Positions 9,416 through 20,158 of a stretch of 64,000 nt of DNA are shown here, piece after piece. The DNA comes from Spirochaetia bacterium. GTDB taxonomy: Bacteria; Spirochaetota; Spirochaetia; SZUA-6; Bin103. Under the pieces are notes generated by a model, which ran no database searches, had not been told where the DNA came from, and saw only the letters and a list, made by a program, of their open reading frames with translations. Location of the stretch: positions 1,536,001 to 1,600,000 of the forward strand of contig CBDAOI010000004.1 of the NCBI GenBank assembly GCA_965198005.1, read 5' to 3'. Positions within the stretch are counted from its first letter, which is position 1, and each line of letters opens with the position of its first letter. The translations under genes were made by a program, and so were the position numbers.

Positions 9416-10955
9416 CCACCACGATCGCCCCGGCATCGTCGGCCGCGGTCTCCTCCTGCACGATCTCGACCTGCTCGAACCGCAGCCCGGTAGCGGCCGT
9501 CGCAACCACGCCGGTGACCTCCAGCGTCGCGGACCGCAGCAGGAGCGAGCGGAACAGGCGATCGCCGATCCGATGCTCGTCGTACTCCACGACGTAGGTT
9601 CGCAGTTCGCGCGTGACGCCCGCCGGTGACATGATCTTGAACACGATCACCGGTTGGCCGACCGAGTAGAGCCCATAGCCGCCGGACGCGCTGTCCGTTC
9701 CGTTCAACCAGGTGAAGCGCGGTGGCTCGAAGATGATCGTCTGGTCATGGTCCGCGGCGCGGTACACACCGGACAGGGGGAGATCCAGCGGGCGCGGATC
9801 GACGCCGGCGGACCGGGTCAGTTCGACTTGCCGGCTGGTCGTGAGCTGTTCGTAGTGGTGGTCGGCGTAGTCGCCCGACTCGCGGCCCTTGATCACCACG
9901 CGGATGGCGCGCAGCGAGTTCACCTCGACGTTGATGGTCTTCTGGATCGAGTCGACCAGCTCGTTGCGCACCCAGATGCCGAGCCGTGACGACAGCAGGC
10001 GATGCGAGACGTCCCAGGTGTAGATCTCCTGCACGTCCCCGTCGAACAGCGTGATGCGGCGCTGCTCCGGCTCGAAGTGGATCACTTCCGTGCCGCCCGC
10101 CGGACGCCCCTGGCCGGGTTCGATCATGCGATACCACGGCCCGGCCAGGAACTCCTCGAACGCCGCGGTCCCGCGACTGCCGAACAGCTCCCGCAACTGC
10201 CGTTCCTCCACCACCGCGCCGGGGATCCGTTCCGTCGGCAGGGCGTGATACCGCTCGTCTTGCGCCCGCCATTCGTATGCGGTCCTGAGAAGATCGGTCA
10301 CCTCGCTGCCCTGCGGGTCGGTTGCCTGCACCACGATCGGGAACGGGACTCCGGGGGTCCGATCCTGGATCTCTATGGCGCCCTCGGCTGCCACGGACAG
10401 GATCGAGACGAATGCGAGCTGCGGTCCGGCCGGCGCCTGCCGGTACACGTCGAGGGTGCGTTGGTCGCTGGCGTTGATGCCGCGCGCGACGATTTCAAGC
10501 TGGTGATCGCCGGTGACGTCCTGGACCTGCACGTTGAACGTGCGCGGATCGGTAGCGCGGGTAGCGGCCTCCCAGGTTCTGCGGTGCGGTGACCCGGGAC
10601 CGGCGGCGTCGACCACTATCAGCTTGATGACCGGGTTGCCCTCGACTTCGGCGCGGACCAGCACCAGTTGTTCATCGCCCTCGTCGCCGTCGAGATTGCC
10701 GGCCATCAGCCACAACAGTTCCTCGCCGCTCTGCAGCGGGGCCCACGGCTCGTTCTCGACCGTGTCGGTGGTGAGCGCCGGCGCGGGAAGTTCAGCGTCC
10801 GCGGTGGCGGGCGGGCGTACGGGGCCGATGGCCGCCGGTGTCTCGCCGGCAGGGTCGGCGGAGCGTTCCTCTCCGCATCCCCCCGCCAGCACGATGCCCG
10901 CGGCCAGCGCGCCTGCCGCGCCAGCCGCGCGCACCCGGCGCAGGTGCTCAGCCAC
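9363..10955 (-). CDS. Pallilysin-related adhesin-like lipoprotein (spirochaetal)
   Basis: Lipobox LAGGC; NLDGDEGDEQL and DVTGDHQLEIVARG motifs; context next to SPOR and purB. Start uncertain. Confidence 0.65.
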   Translation of the reverse strand: MAEHLRRVRAAGAAGALAAGIVLAGGCGEERSADPAGETPAAIGPVRPPATADAELPAPALTTDTVENEPWAPLQSGEELLWLMAGNLDGDEGDEQLVLVRAEVEGNPVIKLIVVDAAGPGSPHRRTWEAATRATDPRTFNVQVQDVTGDHQLEIVARGINASDQRTLDVYRQAPAGPQLAFVSILSVAAEGAIEIQDRTPGVPFPIVVQATDPQGSEVTDLLRTAYEWRAQDERYHALPTERIPGAVVEERQLRELFGSRGTAAFEEFLAGPWYRMIEPGQGRPAGGTEVIHFEPEQRRITLFDGDVQEIYTWDVSHRLLSSRLGIWVRNELVDSIQKTINVEVNSLRAIRVVIKGRESGDYADHHYEQLTTSRQVELTRSAGVDPRPLDLPLSGVYRAADHDQTIIFEPPRFTWLNGTDSASGGYGLYSVGQPVIVFKIMSPAGVTRELRTYVVEYDEHRIGDRLFRSLLLRSATLEVTGVVATAATGLRFEQVEIVQEETAADDAGAIVVVTPDDQAGAEPRAGSAD

Positions 10956-11490
10956 GGCAGCGGGCGAGGCAGGCGCGTACCGCCGCAGCCGCCCGGCGCG
11001 CGGCGACCGCCGGCAGCAGACACTCGTCGCGGAACGTGGCCGCCAGGAACGCCTGGATCGAATCCAGCACACCGGCGCGGGGCAGGAACAGAAACGCGAA
11101 GTCCGTGCCGCCCGGTTGCCCGACCGTAACCGGACCGGCGGCGGCTACCGGCCGCGCGCTGACCAGCACCCGGGCTCCGGCATGACCGCCGACGATCGCC
11201 AGCTCCGAAAACCGGTGCGGGATGCGGCCGTCCGGCGTGCGGCGGAACGGCTCCACGTCGTGCTCGGCGTGGCCGGCAGGCTCCACCAGCACGTACACCT
11301 TGTCGCCGGCGGCGTCGAGGGTGAGCGCGGCCGGCGACAATACCAGACTGCGCGCCTCCCGGTAGACCACGATCTCGAACCGCGTGATCGGGGACCCTTC
11401 GGCGGTAGCGGACGAAACGACGTAGCCGCCGCCCGCCGGCAGCTTGCCGCTGCGGTAGGCACTGAACAGTTCGAGCGCCTTGGTCACCAT
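10948..11490 (-). CDS. Hypothetical protein
   Basis: 180-aa ORF, host-like codon usage, overlaps the adhesin start. Confidence 0.7.
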   Translation of the reverse strand: MVTKALELFSAYRSGKLPAGGGYVVSSATAEGSPITRFEIVVYREARSLVLSPAALTLDAAGDKVYVLVEPAGHAEHDVEPFRRTPDGRIPHRFSELAIVGGHAGARVLVSARPVAAAGPVTVGQPGGTDFAFLFLPRAGVLDSIQAFLAATFRDECLLPAVAARRAAAAVRACLARCRG

Positions 11491-11567
11491 GGGATACCGT
11501 CTGCCACGCTACCACTACCACGGGGGCGGATTCTGGACAAACCGGTGCCCAGCCGACAGACTGACGT

Positions 11568-13016
11568 ATGGAGCCAAACGAGCGGTTCCGGCTGCTCTCT
11601 CCGCTCGACCAGCGCTACTGGATCGCCAACCGCGCCCGGTTCGAGGCGCTGGCGGACTACCTCAGCGAGGAGGCGGCGGTGCGCTACGCGGTGCGGGTGG
11701 AGCTTGCGCTGCTGGCGGAGCTCGCCCGCCGCCTGCCCGGAGTGTCCTGGACGCCCGAGCTGGATGAGCAGATTCGGGCGGCCGGAGCCCGCGTCACGCC
11801 GGCCGCGGTGGCCGCCGAGGAGCGCACCACCGATCACAACCTGCGGGCGCTGGTCAACGTGCTGCAGCGCGAGCTGCCACCGGAAGTGCGCCACCTGGCG
11901 CACCTCGGCGCCACCTCCTACGACATTACCGACACCGCCAACGCCATGCGCTACCGTGACGCGCTGGGCGGAGTGGTCATTCCGCTGCTGGTGCAGGTCG
12001 AGCGCGCGCTGATCGACCTCACCGAGCGCGAGGCCGCGACCCCGCAGGTGGGGCGCACCCACGGCCAGTACGCGGTGCCGCTCACGTTCGGCTTCGCCGT
12101 GGCCGAGTACGTCGCCCGGCTCGGCAAGTCGATCGAGCGGTTGCGGGAGCGGGCGGCCGACCTGCGCGGCAAGCTGGCCGGGGCGGTCGGCGCGTACAAC
12201 GCCACCGCGCTGCTGGTCGACGACCCGGAGGAGCTGGAACGCGCGGTGCTGGCCGCGCTGGGGCTCGCCCCGAGCGAGAGTTCCACCCAGATCGTCGAAC
12301 CGGAGTATCTGCTGGCGGCGCTGCTCGAGTTGAACACCGCGTTCGGGATCCTGGCGAATCTGGCCGACGACCTGCGCCACCTGCAACGCTCGGAGCTGGC
12401 CGAGGTGCGGGAGGCGTTCGCCGCGGGCCAGGTGGGGTCCTCGACCATGCCCCAGAAGCGCAACCCCTGGAACTGCGAGCACGTCAAGAGCCTGTGGAAG
12501 GAGTTCATGCCGCGGGTGGTGACGTTCTGCCTGGACCAGGTGTCCGAGCACCAGCGTGACCTGACCAATTCCGCCTCGGCCCGGTTCGTGCCGGAGTTCG
12601 TGGCCGGGCTGGTGGCCGCGGCCAACCGGATGCTGGGGGTGATCACCGGCCTGCAGGTGGATCGCGCGGCGATGCGGCGCCGGCTGCTGGAGGCCGGCAC
12701 CGACGGCGTGCTGGCGGAAGCGGCCTACGTGATGCTGGCCGCCGCCGGCGACGAGCGCGCGCACGAACGCATGCGCCGCCTGGTCCGGGAATGCGCGGAC
12801 CGGGGGACGCCGCTACTGGAGGCGGCGCGGCGGGACGCGGCCGTGTGGCGCCGGCTGGAGGACGCGGTGCAGGCGCGCTTCGGAACCACGGCGCTGGCCT
12901 TCTTCGGCGCGCCCGAGCACTACTGCGGCCGCGCCGAGGTCAAGGCGCGGGCGCTGGCCGCCCGCTATCGGCAACGCATGCAGGCGATCGGCCGGATGGC
13001 GGCCGGCCGGGGGTAG
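11568..13016 (+). CDS. purB: Adenylosuccinate lyase
   Basis: LSPLDQRY, HLGATSYDITD, GRTHGQYAVP and signature QVGSSTMPQKRNP. Confidence 0.96.
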   Translation: MEPNERFRLLSPLDQRYWIANRARFEALADYLSEEAAVRYAVRVELALLAELARRLPGVSWTPELDEQIRAAGARVTPAAVAAEERTTDHNLRALVNVLQRELPPEVRHLAHLGATSYDITDTANAMRYRDALGGVVIPLLVQVERALIDLTEREAATPQVGRTHGQYAVPLTFGFAVAEYVARLGKSIERLRERAADLRGKLAGAVGAYNATALLVDDPEELERAVLAALGLAPSESSTQIVEPEYLLAALLELNTAFGILANLADDLRHLQRSELAEVREAFAAGQVGSSTMPQKRNPWNCEHVKSLWKEFMPRVVTFCLDQVSEHQRDLTNSASARFVPEFVAGLVAAANRMLGVITGLQVDRAAMRRRLLEAGTDGVLAEAAYVMLAAAGDERAHERMRRLVRECADRGTPLLEAARRDAAVWRRLEDAVQARFGTTALAFFGAPEHYCGRAEVKARALAARYRQRMQAIGRMAAGRG

Positions 13017-13027
13017 CGGGGCGGCCG

Positions 13028-14608
13028 GTGGACACGATCCTGGTACTGGACTTCGGCGGCCAGACCTGTCATCTCATCGCGCGCCGCATTCGTGACCTCG
13101 GGGTGTTCAGCCGGGTGGTGCCCGGCGATGCCGGGCCGGCGGCCGCGGCGCCGCTGGACGAAGTGAAGGGGATCGTGCTGTCGGGCTCGCCCGCGTCGGT
13201 GCACGATCCGCAGGCGCCGGTGCCCGACCCCCGCCTGCTGCACCGCGGCGTGCCGGTGCTCGGCATCTGCTACGGCATGCAGCACCTGATGCAGCAGGGC
13301 GGCGGCCGCGTGTCGCCCACCCACGTCCGTGAGTATGGGAGCGCCCTGGTCGAGCACCGGGCCGAGTCCCCGCTGTTCGCCGGGATACCCGCCCGCTTCC
13401 GCTCCTGGATGAGCCACGGCGACGCGGTCGAGCGCACCGCGCCCGGGTTCCGCGAGATCGCGCGCTCCGAGCACGGCGCCGTGGCGGCGGTGGAATCGGC
13501 GCCGGCCGGCGAGCGGCCGCCGGGGTCCGGCCGGCCGCCGGTCTACGGCATCCAGTTCCATCCGGAAGTGACCCACAGCGACTACGGCAACCGGCTGCTC
13601 GACAACTTCGCCACCGCGATCTGCGGGGCGCGCCGGTCGTGGGACCTGGAGTCGTTCGAGCGGCGGGCGCGCGCCGAGCTGGCCGCGACCGTCGGCGGCC
13701 GGCCGGTGGTGCTGCTGATCTCCGGGGGCGTCGATTCCACGGTAGTGGCGGCGCTGCTGCTCAAGGCGCTGCCGCCGGAGCAGGTGCATCTGCTGTACGT
13801 CGATACCGGGTTGATGCGGCGCGGCGAAACCGACCAGGTGCGCCGTACCCTGGCCCGGCTCGGCGCCACCCAGGTGCGCGTGGTGGACGCGGCCGCGCGC
13901 TTCTACGCCGCGCTGGCGGGGGTGACCGACCCGGAGCGCAAGCGGCGCATCATCGGAGACCTGTTCATCGAGGTGCAGTCCGAGGCGGTGCGGGACGAGC
14001 TGCCGGACTGGTTTCTGGCCCAGGGCACGCTGTATACCGACCTGATCGAGTCGGGCCGCGGGGTCGGCGACAAGGCGGCCACGATCAAGTCCCACCACAA
14101 CGTGGCGGCGCCGCTGGTAGCCGCGCGGCGCGCCGCGGGGCTGCTGCTGGAGCCGCTGGCCACCTTGTACAAGGACGAGGTGCGCCGTCTCGGACGGGTG
14201 CTGGGCGTGCCCGCGCCGGTGATCGAGCGCCACCCGTTTCCGGGTCCGGGCCTGGCGGTGCGCATTCCCGGCGCGGTGACGGCCGAGCGGTGCGAGCTGC
14301 TGCGCGCGGTCGATGCGATCTTTCTCGACGAGCTGCGGCGGCGCGATCTGTATCGGCGGATAACGCAGGCGTTCGCCGTGCTGCTGCCGGTGCGTTCGGT
14401 GGGGGTGATCGGCGACAGCCGCCATTACGGCGTGGTGGTGGCGTTGCGGGCGGTGGTGACCGACGACTTCATGACCGCCGACGTGTTCCGGTTCGACGCC
14501 GACGTCCTGCTGGAGATCTCCGCCCGGATTACCAACGAGGTTCCCGCCGTGGGGCGGGTGGTGTACGACGTGTCGAGCAAGCCGCCGGCCACGGTGGAGT
14601 GGGAGTAG
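13028..14608 (+). CDS. guaA: GMP synthase (glutamine-hydrolysing)
   Basis: ILVLDFGGQ, PVLGICYGMQ, QFHPEV, SGGVDS, IKSHHNV, RHPFPGPGL, KPPATVEWE. Confidence 0.98.
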   Translation: MDTILVLDFGGQTCHLIARRIRDLGVFSRVVPGDAGPAAAAPLDEVKGIVLSGSPASVHDPQAPVPDPRLLHRGVPVLGICYGMQHLMQQGGGRVSPTHVREYGSALVEHRAESPLFAGIPARFRSWMSHGDAVERTAPGFREIARSEHGAVAAVESAPAGERPPGSGRPPVYGIQFHPEVTHSDYGNRLLDNFATAICGARRSWDLESFERRARAELAATVGGRPVVLLISGGVDSTVVAALLLKALPPEQVHLLYVDTGLMRRGETDQVRRTLARLGATQVRVVDAAARFYAALAGVTDPERKRRIIGDLFIEVQSEAVRDELPDWFLAQGTLYTDLIESGRGVGDKAATIKSHHNVAAPLVAARRAAGLLLEPLATLYKDEVRRLGRVLGVPAPVIERHPFPGPGLAVRIPGAVTAERCELLRAVDAIFLDELRRRDLYRRITQAFAVLLPVRSVGVIGDSRHYGVVVALRAVVTDDFMTADVFRFDADVLLEISARITNEVPAVGRVVYDVSSKPPATVEWE

Positions 14609-15621
14609 GGGGCCGCGCCGCCCGTCTCGGGGCGCTCGCGGTCGCGGCCGTGCTCGCCGCGGGCTGCGCGGCCGGACAGCGCGACACCTACCTGCTGGCA
14701 GTGGAGCGTCCTTTCTGGTACGCCGTGACCGAGGCGTTTCCGCAGGTCGAGCAGCACCTGCGCGCCACCCTGGAGCAGGCCGGTCACCGCACGCGCCTGC
14801 TGGTGCTCGAGGATCCGGCCGCCGCGCTGGACCGGCAGTTGGCGGCCGGCCGCTACCGGGGGGTGGTGCTGACCCCCCTGCTGGCGGTCGGTGGCACCGA
14901 GCTGGCCGCCGCCCACCGCGACCTGCGCTTCGTGCTGCTCACCTGGCAGGGGACGGTCGCGGCCACCGGTGACGACCCGCGGCCGGCGGCGCTGCCGGCC
15001 AACGTGACCGAGGTGCGGTTCGCGCGGACTGCGGCGTACACGCGGGCGGGGAGACTGGCGGCCGCCTATCTGGCCACCCGGCAGCCGGCCAAGGCGGCGG
15101 TGGTGTACGCGGTGGACGGCGGCGACGCAGCGCTGGCGCGCGTGGCCGCCTTCCGGGCCGGCTTCAGCGCCGGGGCCGGCGGCGGCGCGCGCCGCCTGCT
15201 GGAACGTTCGCTGCAGCCCGAGTCCGACGCCGGGCGGCTGAACCGGGTGCTCTCCCGGCTGGAGGGCGAGGGCGTAACGCTGGTGTATCTGGAAGTGGGC
15301 CGACTGGTGCGCGGCGGCCTCGAGGCGGTGGCGCGCGAGGGCATGCAGGCGATCGTCGCCAACTGGGGCGAGCGGCCCGGCTTCGAGGCGACCGTGCTGA
15401 TCGCCGTGGACGACGATCCGGCGGCGGCCCTGGCGGCGGGACTGGCCGCCGCCGGCGGCGAGCGGGTAAGCGTTCCCTCCCGCGTGGTCTGGGGTCTGGC
15501 GGCACCCCTGCCTCCGGACGCCACCCCCGACTGGTACGACCGCATCCGGACGCCGGACCAAGCGGCGCCGGCAGCGGCGGAAGCGCCCCAGGCGCCGGAC
15601 CCACCGGAGCGCACACGCTGA
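14599..15621 (+). CDS. Lipoprotein, BMP/periplasmic-binding-protein-like
   Basis: Lipobox LAAGC; NVTEVRFARTAAYTRAGRLAA and RVAAFRAGF resemble BMP-family segments. Confidence 0.6.
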   Translation: MGVGGRAARLGALAVAAVLAAGCAAGQRDTYLLAVERPFWYAVTEAFPQVEQHLRATLEQAGHRTRLLVLEDPAAALDRQLAAGRYRGVVLTPLLAVGGTELAAAHRDLRFVLLTWQGTVAATGDDPRPAALPANVTEVRFARTAAYTRAGRLAAAYLATRQPAKAAVVYAVDGGDAALARVAAFRAGFSAGAGGGARRLLERSLQPESDAGRLNRVLSRLEGEGVTLVYLEVGRLVRGGLEAVAREGMQAIVANWGERPGFEATVLIAVDDDPAAALAAGLAAAGGERVSVPSRVVWGLAAPLPPDATPDWYDRIRTPDQAAPAAAEAPQAPDPPERTR

Positions 15622-15629
15622 CGCGGCTA

Positions 15630-15760
15630 GCGCCGATAACCGCATGCTTGCTGGTGTGGTACGGCGCCATGCCGGCATGATGATGCTGCCGCCGCGTTCG
15701 CGCATCGCCGCCATGACGTACTTGAGGCCCAACCACACGCCGCGGACACGTTTACCGCCA
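15630..15760 (-). pseudogene. SDR oxidoreductase fragment
   Basis: VMAVNVRGVWLGLKYVMAAMRERGGSII and GMAPYHTSKHAVIG (YxxxK motif). Confidence 0.75.
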
Positions 15761-15882
15761 TCACCCGATTGGGCGGCTGCGCAAGCTGCTGCCCGTGATC
15801 CTCTCGCGCTCTCGCGCCCGGCCCGCCCCGTCTTGCGACGATCACCCTTGCGAACGTCGCATGAGCGCTCTATATTCGTCAT

Positions 15883-16374
15883 ATGATGCCCGCATCCTCC
15901 GAACGGTCCACGACTCTTCAGGCGTATGCTCACCCGGCCGAGATGCCGGCGAACGAAGCCACGCGCGTCGCGATGCTCCTGGCAATCGACGAACCTGACA
16001 CACGGAGCGACGTACAGCTCGCGCGGCTCGTCGCTGGCGGTTTGCTCCCGGCGTCAGCCATCGCCCTGGCCGAGGTGCTTGGGCGGAATCGGGTGGTAGG
16101 ACCGGTAGTCCCCGAGGCGACGCTCCGGCGAGTGCGCAGAGCCAGGAAAACGCTGTCCAGACAGCACAGCGAACGACTCTATGAAGTGGGACGCGTCGTC
16201 GATGCAGTCAGCCGCGCCTACCACGGAGACCGGGACGCAATCGAAGCGTTTCTGGGCCGTCCGCACCCATTGCTCGAGGGCGAGACGCCGTTCGATATGG
16301 CGCGCTCCAGCTCGGCAGGCGCGGACGCGGTCCTGAATCTCATTCGTCGGGCGGAGGCCGGCGTGGCTCTTTGA
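15883..16374 (+). CDS. Xre/MbcA/ParS-family antitoxin
   Basis: LSRQHSERLY..FLGRPHPLLEGETPFDMA; overlaps a RES gene. Confidence 0.88.
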   Translation: MMPASSERSTTLQAYAHPAEMPANEATRVAMLLAIDEPDTRSDVQLARLVAGGLLPASAIALAEVLGRNRVVGPVVPEATLRRVRRARKTLSRQHSERLYEVGRVVDAVSRAYHGDRDAIEAFLGRPHPLLEGETPFDMARSSSAGADAVLNLIRRAEAGVAL

Positions 16375-16712
16375 CGACACCGCGAACGCTCCCGCGGACG
16401 ATGCGCGCCTATAGGATCGGCGATCCCGCTGGCCAGTTTCCGGTGTGGAGCGCGGCAGGCGCCAGGCGCGTGGGGGTGGTAACGGCCGATATCGTTCGGG
16501 ATTGGTCCCATCCGGGCGGGGAGGCGGCCCGCCGGTTCGGTCGCACATGGTATGCCGAGAACCGCAGTACCCTCCTGATCGTCCCATCCGTCGTGGCGCG
16601 TATGGAGCGCAACATCGTCATCAACACGCGGCATGCAGATTTCGCTGGCTTGACGGTCGGTCTGGAAACCCCGGTCTGGTGGGACCAACGCCTCTTTCGC
16701 GACTCCGACTGA
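16371..16712 (+). pseudogene. RES-domain toxin with in-frame internal deletion
   Basis: RAYRIGD..GARRV jumps to ..FGRTWY..LLIVPSVV..NIVIN; the GRW..Y..E segment is missing. Confidence 0.8.
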
Positions 16713-16716
16713 CCGC

Positions 16717-16813
16717 CTAGATGGTGTCCACGACGGCGCGCGGCGCTCCCGCCGGCTTGAGCGCTACGCTGATCAATAACGTTGGTGTCGACAACGATGC
16801 GCTCAGCTCTCAT
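16717..16813 (-). pseudogene. PIN-family toxin remnant
   Basis: MRAERIVVDTNV, then a frameshift to LISVAL and an early stop. Confidence 0.7.
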
Positions 16814-17048
16814 CCGCAAGAAGGGCGTCGAGCTTGGCGTCGGTCAGTCCTCGTGCATATGCTTCCTCTCCCATTGCGTCCATGGTCGAGGTGAGACGTT
16901 CCCACGCCGAGCCACGGAGCTGGTCGTAGAGCTGCATCATCACCGTGACCGCTCGGCCGTTCTTGGTCACGCGTACAGGAAAGCGTTGCGCGGCATCGAG
17001 CAGTTGACCGAAGCGGTTCTTGGCTTCTCTCGCAGTGATCTCCTTCAT
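16803..17048 (-). CDS. Phd/YefM-family antitoxin
   Basis: MKEITAREAKNRFGQLLDAAQRFPVRVTKNGRAV. Confidence 0.9.
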   Translation of the reverse strand: MKEITAREAKNRFGQLLDAAQRFPVRVTKNGRAVTVMMQLYDQLRGSAWERLTSTMDAMGEEAYARGLTDAKLDALLADES

Positions 17049-17148
17049 GCGAGCTATAGTAGCTACAATAGCTTGTTACGGCAACAGGGTGCACGGTGCC
17101 CGGTCGATGCCGACCACGTCGACGATCGACGGCATCATGATGATGCCA

Positions 17149-18088
17149 CTACCAGTACTCGAGAATCGCGCGACCCATCACGTCCCCGGCACGAAGCGCG
17201 TCGCAGGCATCGTTGATCTGCTCAAGGCGGTAGCGATCGGTCACCAGCTTGTCCAGTGGGAACTTGCCCTCGGCATATAACCGCAGGAACATCGGGAAGT
17301 CCCGATCGGCGTCGCTGGCCCCGTGGCTGCCCGTGTAGGTGCGTTGAAACGGCATCACCAACATCGGGTTGATTGTCATCTCCCGCTCGGCGGGCACCCC
17401 AACCAGAACCGCCGTCCCGCCCTTGCTCGAAGGTCCCACCCAACCGGGACGCGTTGCCGCCAGGATCTGCTCGGTCGTCGCCCGGACGCCGATGGTGTCG
17501 AAGGCGTAGTCGACCCCGCCGTTGGTCAGCTCCTTGATAGCCGCCACCGGATCCTCGTTCTTGGCGTTGATGAGGTGGGTAGCGCCGAACTGCCGCGCCA
17601 TCTCCAGCTTGTCGTCGCGCAGGTCGGCGGCGATGATCGGATACGCCTCCAGCATCGATGCCATCCAGATGGCCGACAGCCCCACGCCCCCGGCGCCGAT
17701 CACCGCCACCGAGTCGCCGGGTCGTACCCCGGCGGTGTGCTGAACCGCCCCGGCGCCGGTCAGCACCGCGCAGCCGATGACGCAGCTCAGATCGGTGGGC
17801 GCGTCGCCGGCAATGCCGACCACGTGCTCGCCCTCGGTAACAACGTGCTCACTCCAGGTGTGCACGCGGTGCTGGGCAAACAGCGGCGTTCCCCGATGGG
17901 TCGCGCCCAGCGGGCCGCGTTCCTGCATGGTCAAGTCAGGGTGGCGCCGCACCCAGGTGACGATCGCGTGGTCGCCCTCCTTGACGTGGCTCACGTGCGC
18001 GCCCACCGCCATCACCACGCCGGTGCCCTCGTGTCCCAGCACCATCGGCAGCGGCTCGTCGAGCGACCCGTTCAACTCGTGGAGCTGG
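17149..18088 (-). pseudogene. 5'-truncated duplicate of the Zn-dependent alcohol dehydrogenase at 29109-30173
   Basis: 17089-18088 nearly identical to 29049-30048; lacks the N-terminal SGVCHS (Zn-ligand Cys). Confidence 0.9.
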
Positions 18089-18197
18089 TGATGACCATCG
18101 GCACGCCCGGCAGGCCAGGCGAGCGCGACGGCGATCCGTTCAATCTGCCCACCGATGTGGGCGTAGCGTCCAACGGCGAGCTGTTCATCTCCGATGC
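18082..18197 (+). pseudogene. NHL-repeat protein fragment
   Basis: ELVMTIGTPGRPGERDGDPFNLPTDVGVASNGELFISD. Confidence 0.7.
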
Positions 18198-18645
18198 TTC
18201 GTGGCATGACCACCTCAGCCCGCCTCAAACTACCTCAAACTGCCTCAGACCTCGGCCACCGGTCAGTCGGCCGCGCCACTCGCGCGAAGCGCCGAAGACG
18301 CACAAAGAAAGGGCCGAGCCGGATGACAGGAAATCCGACTCGGCACCAACATATGGAGAAGACGTATGAATATCTTCATCACATAGAACAACCATCGGCG
18401 AGTTTTGTTACTCGGGGCGTGCATGCCGTTAGCCGAATCCTCCGAGCACAGGGTGGGCACAGGCGCTCTCACCTTGTCGTCTTCCGGATCTGCGCATCCG
18501 AGCTTGGCCCCGGTGATTGAAACGCGCTCGGAAATCCCCATGAGTTGGGCGCGGTAGAATGAGCCACGAGTGGGCATATTCACTCCCCGCTCGCGGCCTT
18601 GGGAGGCTGGTGTGATGGCGGGCTGCTTGTGGTACCTTCCCCATC

Positions 18646-19025
18646 ATGCAGAGCACTGACAGCGCAGGCGTGACCAAGCAGGTCGACGCGGTTCCCCGCC
18701 AGCCGGTGGCAGCCGGCACCGCCACCGAGACGCACGTCCTGATCGGACCGGAAGATGGCGCCCCCAACTTCGCCCTGCGCCGCTTCGTCATGGGGCCGGG
18801 CGGAGACATGCCGCGCCACACCCACGCGGTAGAGCACGAGCAGTTCGTCCTCGCCGGGGCAGCGCGGGTCACCATCGGCGACACGGTGCACCAGGTGCAG
18901 GCCGGCACCGCCCTGTACATCCCGCCGAAGTACCCCACTCCTACGAGGTAACCGAGGCCCCGTTCGAGTTCCTGTGCATCGTCCCCAACCGCGAGGACTG
19001 TATCACCCTGACCGAACCACAGTGA
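18646..19025 (+). pseudogene. Cupin-domain protein with one frameshift near the 3' end
   Basis: GAPNFALRRF..MPRHTHAVEHEQFVLAG; PHSYEV..FEFLCIVPN continues in another frame. Confidence 0.8.
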
Positions 19026-19070
19026 CCGCCGACGATCTCTGCTTCCTCCCCGCCCTGGAGCTGCGCACCC
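19022..19070 (+). pseudogene. Possible amidase N-terminal stub
   Basis: MTADDLCFLPALELR overlaps the cupin stop, then breaks off. Confidence 0.4.
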
Positions 19071-19140
19071 GCAGAGCTGTATGGGCATCGCTCTTCACCG
19101 GATTGACGCGAGGAATCGGCGGTCGCGGTTTGGCAAGGCG

Positions 19141-19524
19141 CTACTCCCTTTGCAACGCGAGCTCCGTAAGGCGGCGCAGGTGCTCGTCGGCGTGGAGCAA
19201 ACCGGCACCGTGATGGTTGGCACAGGCCTGCACCACAATGTCGGTGGTCGGCACGGTGAGACCCTGTCCCCGGGCCGTGCGAGCGAGCTCGTACGCCGTA
19301 TCCCACACTTTCGGCGTCAGCGGAAGCTCAACCAGGTCGCGCTCCATGTCGCGAAGCACCGCCTCCTCATGACCGGCGCGCGCGCCATTCCACAATTCTG
19401 CGCGGATGATCGGACACCAAGCCGCAGTACCGGCAGCCAGGAGTGCCCGGACTTGGTCGCGCACCTCTCGGTCGCCGTCTCGGCGCAGGCTGTGAATCCA
19501 CGCCGACGTGTCGATCAGCGTCAC
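19141..19524 (-). CDS. vapC: VapC PIN-domain toxin
   Basis: LIDTSAWI, IIRAELWNG, TTDIVVQA, LLHADEHL. Confidence 0.92.
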   Translation of the reverse strand: MTLIDTSAWIHSLRRDGDREVRDQVRALLAAGTAAWCPIIRAELWNGARAGHEEAVLRDMERDLVELPLTPKVWDTAYELARTARGQGLTVPTTDIVVQACANHHGAGLLHADEHLRRLTELALQRE

Positions 19525-19724
19525 GAACTGGCGCGCAGGTCCGCGAGTTCTGCAGGAGAAATCAAATCGTCACACGTGCCGAGGTGACGCGCGAGCGCCG
19601 CCATGCGGGTGCGACGATTGAAATCAGCAACTGCCGTGACGATGGCCTCTCGTTTGGTCTTGGCGCCCGTCATTCGCATTGCTTCTTCCAGCATCTCTCT
19701 TGGAATATCAACTGAGGTCTTCAT
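19521..19724 (-). CDS. vapB: VapB-family antitoxin
   Basis: MKTSVDIPREMLEEAMRMTGAKTKREAIVTAV; promoter TTGACG-17-CATTAT 6 nt before the ATG. Confidence 0.88.
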   Translation of the reverse strand: MKTSVDIPREMLEEAMRMTGAKTKREAIVTAVADFNRRTRMAALARHLGTCDDLISPAELADLRASS

Positions 19725-19855
19725 GCTTCCATAATGACAGAAGGGCACTGCCGCGTCAATGACGCGAGTTGACGCGAGAAACGCGGCTGGCAGTGGGGTA
19801 GCGTAGGCGGCATGAGAATGGAGCATGTGGCCATGTCCGCCTGGTACGTCGAGGA

Positions 19856-20158
19856 GTGATGGCGCTTCCCGCGGCACTGTTCGAGTTCCTCGCCGAGTTG
19901 AAGGAGAACAACGACCGCACCTGGTTCCAGGCCAACAAGAGCCGCTACGAGGAACAGGTGAAGGGGCCGCTGCTGGCCTTCATCGGAGGCTTCGAGGAGC
20001 GCTTGGGGCGCCTGAGCGGCCACTTCGTGGCCGACCCACAGCCGGTGGGCGGGTCGCTGTTCCGTATCTACAAGGACTTCACGCTCACCGCCACGCTCGA
20101 CCAGCAGGCGGTAACCGCCGACGACTTCCCTGCCCGGCTGGTGCAGCGGTGGTCGCAC
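19856..20158 (+). pseudogene. Internally deleted duplicate of the DUF2461 gene at 28318-28995
   Basis: Near-identical to the intact copy, but FRIY joins directly to KDFTL and the 3' end is replaced. Confidence 0.9.

Noticed and set aside
11484-14425. Long antisense ORFs over purB/guaA and similar shadow ORFs elsewhere
   Set aside because: Shadow frames of high-GC genes with Arg/Pro/Gly-rich composition and no motifs.
17149-18228. ADH variant with a new N-terminus
   Set aside because: The N-terminus is the antisense of an NHL fragment and the catalytic Zn Cys is lost.
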